This document shows, in pieces, positions 41,901-53,368 of a stretch of 64,000 nucleotides of DNA. The stretch spans positions 26,816 through 90,815 of the forward strand of contig CDMY01000383.1 in assembly GCA_001179505.1 (NCBI GenBank), written 5' to 3'. A program made the translations under genes and the position numbers. Positions within the stretch are counted from its first letter, which is position 1; every line of letters starts with the position of its first letter. This DNA comes from Vitrella brassicaformis CCMP3155 (lineage: Eukaryota; Protista; Chromerida). The notes under the pieces were generated by a model. That model made no database searches. It was not told where the DNA came from and was given only the letters and a program-made list of their open reading frames with translations.

Positions 41901-44179
41901 ATGCGACTTTGCGGTTGAGGGGTCGGTGTTTGGTGGCCTCTGCCAGTGTCCACCACACCTCCATCCGCACATCGCCGTCGATATGCATCGGCACACTCCA
42001 CATGGCCGCAGACCTTCGCTGAGTGCTCTCCTCCGTGGCCCACAGCCACTCCCGCATTATGTGCTCCTGCAGTCTCTCGGGCGTCGCATCATATGCAGCA
42101 GTGTCTTCTACCGCCTTGCCGCTGTCTCCGCTGCTGCCGCCCCGCTTCCCTTTCTTCTGTGTGGCGGCCGTGGGCTTGGTGAGTGAGCGCAGAGAGTCGC
42201 CCGTGACGAGCTCATAGAATCGATCGAGGAAGAAGTGGGCAGCGGCGAAGAGGGGGTTTGATGGGGCACCTGTCAGCCGGTCTGCGAGGCAGCTGATGAA
42301 ATGGGGGCCGCCAACGAGAAAGATCTGAACACAACATGCACGTGTAAAACACAGACAGCCGATGATTGACGGCTGCGCCAACATCAATCACTGCCCTCCC
42401 ATCCCCCCACCTTGATGAGTTGCTGCAGCTTTTCGTCATCGATGGTGGCGTTGCCCTCGTCGTCACTGTTGTTGAGTGAGATGCGTTTGAGCCGCATGAG
42501 TATCTCCAGAGCCACCCTGAAGCCGATGAAGTTCCTCTCGTGTGGGTACCGCACCTTGGTGACAAAAAAGTGCCCGTCGATCTCGGGCCACACCGTTCCG
42601 AACACCGACACGGCGTCACTGAATGAAAGAAGAAAGACGGAGAGAGGAGTGAGTAAGCTGCCGGCAGCGGGTGTGGTGGATATTGCGCATTCGTTACTTG
42701 AATGGCGACTCGAACACCAGGTCCAGAAACGAATCCCACAGCGAATGCAACCTGGAAGAACACAACTCGTCCACTTTATCACATCACCGCGTAAGTCATT
42801 GACCTTATTGCTGCTCCGCCCACCTACCTTGGATGGTACATAGGTGTGCCCCAGAGGTACACCATCACGGACCTCAGCCTCCCACCAGCCAGAGGGTTCT
42901 TGTGGACGAACGTCCACGGCTTGAATGCAGCCGGGGGGATGCCGTCGGGAGCGTTGTCGTTGGGCGCCATCTCGCTCTCCAGCCGCTTCCGCAGCCGCAG
43001 CAGGATGTCCAGGAGGGCGCATGGGGGCGAGTTGAGACGGAGACCCACACCTGCAAGGGAATGAACCCACGATGCATGCATGGCTGGCCAAGCGTGTCCG
43101 TCCCTCGTCTTGTCTTGGTTGCCCACCGCTTGCGTCCTTTTTCTTGTTGTGTGTCTTGCTCTTCTGGGCGTCATCTGCGTCGTCGATTTGCATCATGTGT
43201 TGGTCGCCGTCCAGCTGGTCGAGTGAGTCGGCGAACAGCTGCAGTGTGTGGGGGTCGAAGACCTTGGACAGACGAGACGTGATGAACTTGACCGATACAG
43301 AGGGGTCGAACCTGACGCCAACAAACACATGTACGCATGACGGTCGCGATGACTGACGTTGATTGAGTGGCCGTGTGCATGTTCTGCATACTGTGCGACG
43401 CTGCGTGTGATGAGTGTGATGGCGTGCGCGGCGGCCTCCTGCAGATAGACCTTGCCGTCATACACGCCCCAAAGACCCTCATACACGCCCTCGATGTACG
43501 GCAGACACTGAACCAACGAAGCAAATCACACCAACACACATAGTCAGTCAACACCGCGTACCATAGCCTTTTGTCGATTGTCCTGTTTGTGCTCACGTGT
43601 TTTGTGTTGAAGAAGCCGCACCGCTGCAGGGCGAGATAGCCGAACAGGCGACCCAACAACAGATCTGCCAACACACAAACAAGACCCACATATGCGCAGC
43701 GACACGACAAAGCCTTCCTGGATGAATCTGTACCACCCCTTCCCTTCAACGCGCGCACCTTTGTGCTCATTGGACGAGACTTTGCTGGTGATCTGTGTGG
43801 CTTGGTCAATCTGGGTCAGCACGTCGCTGCGCGGCACCTCCTTCTTGAAAGTGGACAGCACCGTTGTCAGTGCCGACGCATACCCCTGCCGCACACAGTC
43901 CCTGAAGGACGTCAGACCACGCACCTGCGCACACCCAGACAAGGAGAAAACACACACACGACTTATCAAGTCCCTCGAAGCATGCATTCGCTCCCACTCA
44001 GTCCACTCACTCACCAGTCGCTTGACGGAGTATTCGAGATCTGATGAGAACTTCTCGCCGCTGCCCCTCTGCTGTTCGGCCTTGAGTGTGTCAACCATCA
44101 GCTGCACCGCCCGCCGCCGTCTGCCGATGGACGTATCGCCCAGATCCCAGAACAACTGCATAAACGACTGATCTTCCAT
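38939..44179 (-). CDS. MYBBP1A: DNA polymerase V / MYBBP1A (Pol5) nucleolar ribosome-biogenesis protein, about 11 exons
   Basis: N-terminus MQLFWDLGDT..RRRRAVQLMVDTL...DLEYSVKRLVRGLTSFRDCVRQGYASALTTVL is the Pol5/MYBBP1A signature. Also DLLLGRLFGYLAL, PRLHSLWDSFL, an acidic linker, HVRIRALDALQAYL, and a basic C-terminal tail KPKSKKRRK. Confidence 0.88.
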
Positions 44180-44225
44180 AATGCTCCAAGCGAGGAACAG
44201 CCCCAGAGGACCTCCTTTCCTGCCT

Positions 44226-44254
44226 GCGAGCTTAGCTTCAAAGTGCGAGCTTAG
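44226..44254 (+). promoter_or_regulatory. Candidate promoter motif GCGAGCTTAG x2 in the Pol5/Rdx divergent promoter
   Basis: Exact copies at 44226 and 44245. The same motif occurs at 25541, 46682, 46698 and 51728, each between divergent start codons. Function is inferred. Confidence 0.55.
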
Positions 44255-44367
44255 AAGATGTTGACGCAAAGATCTGCGCGTTCTGAAGACGAGAATGAGC
44301 TGCATATGGCCCGCCGATGAAGCCTTAGTGACATCAGCTCAAAGATCTGTAGAGCAGTGACCAGAGA

Positions 44368-45559
44368 ATGATGCTGCTGTTCAGCCTGGCGTCGCTGGCC
44401 CAATCTGTTCCATCCCTCCCCTCATTCGTCCCTCCCCCGCTGCACAGCAACCCTTCAGATGTCGGCCACAGTCCACACAGGCCGCTGAGAGCCCTCTCTG
44501 CTGACCAGGACACAACGCCTCTCTTTCGATTGCAGTCCCACACGACGCCGGCCAACACATCAGCAGCGGCACCAGCAGCAGAGATGCTTGTCACGACAAC
44601 ACTGTCGCCAGCAGGTTTGTCAGGAGGCATGACGGCCGGCGTCGCCCCATCGCCCGCATCCATCACAGGCGGCATGCTGCACCCCCTCGCTCCAGCGTCC
44701 GACGCACCGCCCCCGGCCAACGAGCAGCAGCCTGAGATGGGTGGTGAGGAGAGGGGGCGTGAAGGTCTGATGAAGTTCCTGAGCCTGCCGCACAAGCGTC
44801 GGCGGAAGGGCGATGGTGAGGGTGGCGAGGGTGTGGCCAACAACGTGTACATAGGGGAGGGGAGCGGGGTCAACGGGGAGGGCGCGGGGCCGTTCATCGA
44901 AGTCGTCGTCAGATGTGAGTTGGCCGATAAAGAGAGGGGAGGGATGGCGGAAGGAATGGCCCATTGCATGACATGAATACACATGTGCGTACGTATTGTG
45001 TGGTGTGTGCTTGGTTTCAGACACGGGCGGTATGGGTCTGAAGCCCTACTTCCGTGCCACGCGTGAGATCCTGTCGCAGGAGTTCCCCGAGGCGTACGTC
45101 ACCAAGGAGATCATCAGCGCAAAATCAACACGGTGAGGCGTTTGATGGATCGTGCAGACGTATGCATTCACAAAGTGTGCGTTGTGCAGTGACGAGGGGC
45201 TCTTTGAGATCCTGATAGACGGATACTCGGTAGGGCACAGAGTCAGAGAGACGCACAGAGGAACGGGTTGCGATCGTGTCCGTGTGTGTGTGTGTGTGTG
45301 TGTCTGTGCTCACAGATATATCAGAAAAAGAAGAAAAAGAAGGCGGTGTACCTGGAGATGGAGACCCTCAAGCAAATGATCGAACGCGCCAAACGAAGGT
45401 GGGTCACAATAAAGAAGCACAGCGCCTTGGCGAGGCCTTGACCCTTGTCAGGCTTGCTTTCTCTCCGTGTGCATTTCATGTAGGCGTCGGCCGTCATCGG
45501 TGGTAGCGTCTCGTCGGCGGCTGGTCAATCTCAACGACGATGACTGGCACGAACAATAA
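44368..45559 (+). CDS. Rdx/SelW-SelT-like thioredoxin-fold protein with N-terminal targeting-like extension and no Cys/Sec redox motif, 5 exons
   Basis: Splicing gives FIEVVVRYTGGMGLKPYFRATREILSQEFPEAYVTKEIISAKSTRDEGLFEILIDGYSIYQKKKKKKAVYLEMETLKQMIERAKRRRRPSS...WHEQ*. Spacing matches SelW V.V.YCGxUGYKPKY..LK..LE..FP....G.FEV.VxG. Confidence 0.65.
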
Positions 45560-46260
45560 ATGAACAGGCCGAGGGCTGTGCCCAAGACAGAGATGAGCGG
45601 ACAAGAGAGAGAGAGGGCTGGTCGTGTGTGGGTGGTGCGGGTACCTCTCTAGTCGTCCATGCATGTATACTGACTGATTCATTTGTCGAGCTGTCTTACA
45701 ACACGTCCGCGCACGGCCTGCCTCTGCCTGGTCCTGGCCAGGCGGCCGCGAACCGTGCGCGGAAGGGCTGTGAAGACAGCGTGGCAAATCGATACAAAGG
45801 GCTGTCTTGTTGCTTTCGGTCTTTTGCTTTGTGATGGTTGGGATGTCCCCCTCACTCATTCGTCCTGCAGTCTGGGCGCCGAAAGTCTGCAGTAATCACA
45901 TCCCTTGCACAACACAAGAGATGCGATTCTTGCATACGGGACACGCACGTCTTGACAGGCGGGGTGTGGTGACGAGAGGACAGGGAATTGACACAGAATT
46001 GACGGCCCACGCGTGTGCGTGCGAGGTCAAGTCCTACTCATGTATGTATGTCTGCTTGGCACCAGCCTCACACGAAATGATACAGATGCAGCTAACGACT
46101 GCATGTCTTGCATAAAACAACAGCTGGGTGTCTTCCGTCCGTCTCTCTCGGTGGCTGCGTGACTTCGCCGACTTGCACCTTCACATCTTTGCCGATTTGT
46201 CGACCAAGATGTGGCCGTGCAGGCCGACACGAATACGCAGCCACCAATCGATGACAACAT

Positions 46261-46321
46261 ACGAGTCACCTACGAGTCACCAAAAACTGGAGTGGCTGCA
46301 CGAGTCACCACACGAGTCACC
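46261..46321. repeat. Four copies of ACGAGTCACC
   Basis: Copies at 46261, 46272, 46300 and 46312. Confidence 0.95.
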
Positions 46322-46431
46322 ATAGAAGAGCTCTCAGGCATACCTGCACACATGCAGCAAACAGACCAATCCATTAATGATCTGGCCAACGCTCCCGTGC
46401 TCTCATGCGCACCTTCTGCAGACAGGTGCGC

Positions 46432-46629
46432 TCATCGTCCGGCTGCGTAGTAGACGTCATCAATGGCCTTTGGGCTGCCGCTGGTGGCGATGGAGTTGCC
46501 CTTGCTGTCCTTGTAGATGACCCTGCCCTTCACAACGCTGGCAGTGGCCGTCTTGGCAGGAATGACGCCTGGAGCCTCGTGCAGCTTGGATGCAGGCACG
46601 TTCGTTGGTGGACCTTGCTTCGACGACAT
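46432..46629 (-). CDS. 65-aa hypothetical microprotein
   Basis: MSSKQGPPTNVPASKLHEAPGVIPAKTATASVVKGRVIYKDSKGNSIATSGSPKAIDDVYYAAGR* with strong C/G third-position bias like neighbouring genes. It lies head-to-head with the actin-like gene and has a typical 69-bp intron (46344-46412) just downstream. Confidence 0.6.
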   Translation of the reverse strand: MSSKQGPPTNVPASKLHEAPGVIPAKTATASVVKGRVIYKDSKGNSIATSGSPKAIDDVYYAAGR

Positions 46630-46828
46630 GCCAGGTTACGGAACGGGCCCTGGGAAAGAAAGCGTCGAGCTCGGATTCCTTGCGAGCTCAGGTGAATGCG
46701 AGCTAAGATAGCAGACGCGCCATTCAACCCGAGGCACGCGGCTGTCCTCTGTGAGACGATTTGCACTGCAAAAAAGAGAGTTTTCAGCACATCTGGTGCT
46801 GCGTCTTTCTCTTGGTGTTGTTGACGCC

Positions 46829-48925
46829 ATGGTGGAGTGTGCCGTCGATGAGCTGGACGTCATCGTTATCGGTAGGCAAGCATGTGTGTGACACGATGGA
46901 CAAGCGTCCACAATCGATGATGGAGTGTTTTATGTGTCTTGTCGTGCAGACGCGGGAGGTGGCTCACTCAAGGTGGGCTTCTCTGGTGAAGACCTGCCAA
47001 GAGTAAGGACCTTTCTGGCTCCTGGTCCCATCCATCACACAAGAGGCGTGTGTCTGTCAGACTGTCTTGTCGACAGCGATGTCTGTCGTTACCGAAATAC
47101 CCGAAGACGATGAAGGCAACGTAGACACAACCGGTAGACAGGACAAGCGCCCGCCTATGCGCATGTACTTGTCACTACCCCTCGGGGCTGATGCTTGTAC
47201 TGCCCAGCGCAGCCCAAGACTCTCACGTATTTTGGCGACGAGGCCCTCCAGAACGCCAGCAAAGGCACACTGAAACTGCCGCTCAAGAGAGGGGTGCGTG
47301 CGACGGAAAAAGAGAACCACATGCATACGATTGGAATGCGTGGATGGTTGGCCTCTGTCTGCTGTGTGCAGTTGCTACACGACAAGGACAGTTTGGAGGA
47401 TGTGTTGGAGCACGCGCTGAGATCTTTGCTCAAGGTGGACTACGAGGAGCTGCCCATACTGCTTATCGACTCCCCACTCACACCACAACACCAGCGGGAC
47501 TTCCTCGCTGAGATGCTGTTTGAGAAATTTAAAGTCCGCTCGTTGGCCATGATGAACTCGGCGGTGCTTTCGCTCTTCTCAACGGGACGCACCAGGTGGG
47601 CAGGCAGGTGGACTGGTCGATACAAGTCCATTGATGTACAGCTGATCCTGTCTATCGATGCAGGGGGATGGTTGTTGAGATGGGCCATGGTGTCACACAC
47701 GCTGTGCCTGTCTTCGAGGTAGGCTGGCTGCAATAAACATGGGTGTCCATGGGACAAAGCGTCTGTCCTCTTCTTGCAAAATATTCAGGGATTTGCCATT
47801 CCGCACGCAACGTTTCGGATGGACTATGGGGGCCAGGACATCACCGACGCTGTCCAAAAGGTGCGTGTTGAGGGGTTTGGCTTCAGTATTGGTATGTGTC
47901 TCGTTGCCTTTGCAATAGATCTTCAAGGAGCTCCCCTCACTGACGGCCTACCAGCAGTGAGCAGGGCTGGACCTTCACGTGTGTTGAGAATATCGTCACA
48001 CTCACTCCTTGGCCGTGTGTGTGCAGGCATGCTCATCCGTGGGTGATGCGGTCACTGAAGGAGTCGCTCTGCCATGTCGCACCCCACTCACTCAAAGAAC
48101 AGGTAGACCAGAGCGGCGCAGGTGTATCTGTACAAATGTGTGCTTGCATTCAGCTGGCGTCTGAGGACCCTGCGAGTGACGAGGAGCGGTCGTTTGAGCT
48201 GCCCGACGGCACCATCGTGCAGGTGGACCAGCAGCTCAGATACGGGGCACCAGAGATACTCTTCGCGTGAGTGAGACAAGTCAAACGAGCTTGTCGCTGC
48301 AATGGCACGATTGGTGTCTCTGTGTATGTACATATCCGTCAGTGGGGGCGACAGAAGTCTCCCAAAGATCACGCAGATGGGCCTCAATGCATGGTCCGGC
48401 ACACATACACTCTCACGGAAGGCATGACCATCGTGTCTCTGCTGCCCTTGTGTATGTCAGTGATTTGGACTTCCGGTTGGACCTTGTCCGTAATCTCGTG
48501 CTGGCGGGCGGGACATCTATGATACCTGGTGGGCGACACACCTACACGGCTTACATGGCCTACATGGATTTGGAGTCTCCCCCTGTAGGTTTGTCCGAGC
48601 GGATACGCAACGAGATGCAGATGCTGGTGCCGCCAGACCTGCACAGACAAATGGAGGTCATTCTCGACTCACAGAGGAAATACTCAGCCTGGATCGGTAT
48701 GCGCAGAGACAGACGTGCGTGTGTGCAAGCACCTGTGCTTCCATTGTGTCAGGTGGGTCCATGTTCGCTTCCCTATCCACCTTTGAGCACTTCCTCATTA
48801 CCAAGCAGGTAACTGAGATGTAATCTTGCAATGCTATCCAACATGTGTCTGTCTGTGTGTTGTGTCAGGATTACGAGGAGGGCAAGAGCAGCTTGTCTGG
48901 TGTGGTGGCCAGGAAAGCATGGTGA
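46829..48925 (+). CDS. Divergent actin-related/actin-like protein, about 13 exons
   Basis: [132 protein letters not shown]. Confidence 0.92.
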
Positions 48926-49107
48926 CTTGTCGTGGGGTGTCTTCTTCCATCGATGCACACACAACACATCACGACACACCCCTCCCTCCCCTCCCGTCAA
49001 CACATGCATGATTCACACAGATATGTCACTTCACTTCCATGGACAAATGAATACATCCATATACCATCATCGCGACTTGGCCACGTGACCACACGCACAG
49101 TGTCTCC

Positions 49108-51592
49108 TTAGCTGACTATGCACACAATGGTGGCCGACAGCATCCACCCCGAGAAAGGAAACAGACCACACGCCAGCCCCCCACTCATGAAGAGAAAAGT
49201 GTCTATGGGGTCTATCACAGACACAGATGACATACGTGCCACCCTTCTCTCATTCGCAGTATCGGCTGTGCGGCGGACAGCAAGACACTCTCGCGCACCA
49301 GCTATGGCCTTGTGCCACTCGTCAGAAAGCTCGTGCATCAGCTGCCGCCATGAGAAGGGCCTAGGCGGGGGACAACTGGGTGTGCTGTTTCGAGTGATGA
49401 TTCGTAAGCCGTCCTCTGTCCAGCGGGGATTAGTGCTCAGACGGTAGTAGCGAAGGATATCAATGCGAAGGAAGAACAGCAAGAAAATGACTGCAAGGTG
49501 GGAGGAGAACGTCAATGCAGGGAAGGAGACATGCAGTGGTGTGGGTGGACGTGTTTGCTGTGGTTACTCATGGCGGTGGGGACGACGAAGCTTCTGAGGC
49601 TGTCTGACGGGTTGTTGCTGTAGAAGAAGGCCACCAGGAAGGCCACACTTATGGGGTAGGTGAAGAGCGCCAGCACGGTGAATTTGAAGTGGCAAGAAGC
49701 GTCATCGCCCTCTAGCGGTGTGATGGGCAGTGACACAAGGATGGTGTCAAACCATACACGTGACCACAACCAGTACCTGCACACACACACACGGAGAAAT
49801 AGATGGATGTGAGAAGGGCAGCACCGCCTGTCTGTCTCTAAGTCTCTCACTTGATGAGTCCGAACGGCAGGAGGTATTTGATGTTGGTCTCGATGCGGCC
49901 GTAGACGGCAGGCAGCCGAAAAATGAACAGCACGGTGGAGAGATAGGTGCCGACCGGAGCCATCAGCACAGTCACGATCACAAACCACAATGCGAAATTC
50001 CGGACCTTCCGAAGACGGTACAGCATCGAGCCCTGAACGTATGCATCGCACACACGACACACTTGCCTGTCTCACCAATTGTGTCTGACTCGGTGTCTAT
50101 CCGAATATCTATGGTCACCGATCTGTCTCCATAAGTCAAACACCTTCCTAATGTCAGTGCCGGTGAACGTCTGCATGATATTGTCACCATAGTCGAAAGC
50201 CACCATTGACGCGAAACACGCGACGGTCGCTGCAAAGGCAGCCAGCGCCGATAAGACAGTGGCGTAGAACATAAATGGAACCGGACAGAGCCATGCTGAC
50301 AGACAGAGAGTAGGGACATTTATGCACTGAAGAGCAGAATTCTTGTGTTGAATACCTGTTGCTGCCACGGCGAGGAAAGCCTCATTTGCCAGAGCGATGA
50401 TCCACCGCAGAATGGGGTACGGGGTCAGCCGCCACATAGTCAGCGTTGACATCCCTACTGTTGTCCCAAGACCACTCTCCTCATCTCCTTGGTGCCCAGT
50501 GATCGTCCCTTTCTCAGTGCAAGGGATTTCCATCCACTTTCGCCATTTCCACGGCTCATGTAGCACATATCTGGCAAAGAGAGTCGCGTTGGCCGAGGCG
50601 ACGAGCACCACAGCCGCCACGAGAAGCGCTCTGAAGGCAAATTGCTCCCGTGGGTAGAATCCGCTGCAGACTGCGGCGTATGGGATGATAAATGACGTCA
50701 GGACACGCCATAGGAACGTAAAGGCGAACTGCTCAGCCTTGGATACTTTCAACACAAGGTGACGCAAGACACGGGCTGTCAATTGAGAAGACACACAGAG
50801 ACAGACAGCCGTACGAAGGCGGTCTCCCTCGCCCGTATCTGTTCTGCTCACTCTTGCGGTGTGGATCTGTCCATATGCGGACCTCTGAAAAAGAGGAGCC
50901 AGCCGTGCCTTGGGTGCGTTCCCGACGATATATAATCTGTATGGAAAGGGCACGGAAATGAATACAAATGTCTCTTTGGCCTTTCGCCTTCCCACCCGAT
51001 GAAGACTCCCACTGCACTCTGACAGTCGCAGTACACTGTGGCAGTCGAGCTGCGAGAGCAGGGCCACATCCAGCCCCGCTACCTCATACAGCTGCACCAG
51101 ACAACCGCCCTTCATCCTCCTACCCCGACCCTGGCGCAAGTAAGTCTCACCGGGAGCCGGTCCACCACCCTGTCTGATGACTCGTGAACGGGCTCTTTGG
51201 TGTCCCGTGCTTGGGGGGCGCAGAGAGAGCACTGTGTTATCATCGAACGTGCCTTGCCAGTCCCTCGCAGAAGAAGAGTTTGAGGGCCAGACAACAGAAG
51301 GGTTGTCGACCGGCTGGGAGGGAAGTGGCTGATGGTCTCCCCTCGGCTGACCGATGACGGCTGCAGAAACGGAGTCGAGAGACTCGAGAGTGAGTGAAGA
51401 TCCACTGCCATAGACGGGAGACGAGGAGTCGATAGCCGAGTCGGACAAGCTCCACGCGCGGGAGACTTGAGGGCTGTCGCCTTCGTGTGGACTGCAGCGG
51501 GGCGGCAATGGGTGCAGAGATACCCGCGAGGTGTCTGTCCCGTCTTGCACAGGAGAGGGGAAGGGTGTGAGGAGGGGCGGGGGAAGCCACAT
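49108..51592 (-). CDS. Multi-pass membrane protein with an N-terminal F-box-like motif, about 4-5 exons
   Basis: Long ORF 50072-51592 has a Ser-rich N-terminus and GLDVALLSQLDCHSVLRLSECSGSLHRV (F-box-like spacing). About 8-10 hydrophobic segments follow across in-frame exons at 49847-50035, 49570-49776 and 49108-49495. Confidence 0.6.
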
Positions 51593-51727
51593 TGATGGGG
51601 GATCGGTGTTTCTCGGGACAACGGCTGAGGGCCTGAGAGAAACGTATCAGCTACCGTTCACGCGAGTCCCCTAGCACTTCAGAACCTGCCGCCGCGAACG
51701 AAAGGCAGGCGGCTCGAGGATCGAGCT

Positions 51728-51750
51728 GCGAGCTCAGCCAATATATATAA
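51728..51750 (+). promoter_or_regulatory. GCGAGCTCAG motif followed by CCAAT/TATA-like tract upstream of rhodanese
   Basis: GCGAGCTCAGCCAATATATATAA lies 24-46 nt upstream of the ATG at 51774; such an AT-rich tract is rare in this GC-rich window. Confidence 0.45.
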
Positions 51751-51773
51751 TTGAGCTAGCTGAGAAGGCAGAT

Positions 51774-52580
51774 ATGGCGATAAGGTGCGCTGGCGTCACC
51801 GCTGCCCGCTGTGCGCGGTATTCGCACAGGTGTGCATTGGGTCCAGCTGTCGGCGATGTCCCGAGGCTACATGGCAGAAGATCACTGGGTTGCCACCCTT
51901 CCGCGTTCCTTCCGGAGGCTCCTCGGCCACACACGTTCTTCGTCAGGCCATCAGCTGCACGAAGATGGTTCTCTGCAAAGGACGGTGAGTGCAGCATACA
52001 GACGACAAAGGAACACATTCATCGGATTCGTGGGTGGATTTGTCAGGAGCAGAGAGCGAGGTGCCGGTGATATCTAAAGAGGAGCTCAAGGACGTCATAG
52101 CTAAGGGCTGCAAGCCAGCTGCCGACGAGAGCTTTGTGATCGTCGATGTGAGGGACCCCTGGGAGATCCGCGACCATGGCAAGATAGACAATGCCGTCAA
52201 CATTCCCCTGGCTGACATCCCCACCGCCTTCCACTTCGATGACGAAGCGTGGGAGGACAGGTAAGGCTGACCGATGAATTTGCGAGGGCGTGTATCTAGG
52301 CACGTGTACGTGAGGGGCTCAGGTTTGACTTCCCGAAGCCCAAGAGCAGCGACACGCTTGTTTTCTACTGCAGGGCTGGTATGCACACGGACGGATGGAT
52401 GTGCCGAAGATACACACACACGAATCCGACAGGTTTGTTGCTTGTCCGTTGTGTGTTGGATGATCAGGTATTCGCGCGGAAAGTGCGGCCAAGCTTGCCC
52501 AGCGAGAGGGCTTCAAAGTGCGGCATTACAAGGGCTCATACATCGACTGGTTCGGCAAGACCTACCCCATCGGAGACTGA
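51774..52580 (+). CDS. Single-domain rhodanese (thiosulfate sulfurtransferase, Rdl-like) with mitochondrial-type presequence, 4 exons
   Basis: Arg/Ala-rich N-terminus ending RRWFSAKD; IVDVRDPWE, AVNIPL, FDFPKPKSSDTLVFYCRAGIRAESAAKLAQREGF, YKGSYIDW; TGA at 52578-52580. Confidence 0.92.
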
Positions 52581-53368
52581 CTGACTGATGGATTGATTGC
52601 CTAGCGGATGAGCATCTACTTATGTGTTCGTGGTGGTGGTCTTGATGGTCAACTGCATGTGTATAGCGAGGGCAGATGAGGGCAGATACGCAAGGCGGCG
52701 GTGTTCGTGTAAAGGCGATCAGAGACTTTATGCTGGAGTGCTGTGCATTGCATAAAGTGAGTGTTGTGAGTATATGTATTTATTAGCTCTGCAGTGTTAT
52801 CCTCTCAATTTGGGAGACATCAATGGCAGAAAGTGTCCACAAGTGCTGGAGAGAGATAGAGAGAATCAGCCAGTCGTTTTGGTCTCATGCATATTGTCTT
52901 TCCCTCACGACAAACACAACACAGCTTGCAAATGCACATACGGATCCCTCCCGCCGATACCACCCGACAGCCGCGACGCCATAGGGAGAAAGCGAGGAAG
53001 GGAGAAAGGGAGGAGAGAACTGGCAACGTTGAATATGAGTATGTACACATCGATACATCAACCACCCTGCACCCACTGGCAGGCAGCTGATCGGGATGCC
53101 CGCTGCATTCGCCGACTCACCACACCACCTGATCGCGGTATACACAAGGGACACAGGCAATGAAGTGTGTCTGTGCCACCTCCCTCGCGGCGAGAATCCC
53201 GCAAGAAATGAGACGGAGACAAATTTCTTTTGGAATTTACGACGAAAAAAATACATCCTGCCTCATTCGTCTCCAGCTAACTTCGTTCGGCAGCGCTCCG
53301 CAGCAGCTTTGAGGCGAGAGATTTGTAAAAACCGTTGGCGAACGTTGAAGAGGAAAGAGCATTGGGCG

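Noticed and set aside
46261-46321. CRISPR-like array (also considered for 55398-55462)
   Set aside because: Units are 10-13 bp with little or no unique spacer, there are no cas genes, and the context is eukaryotic.
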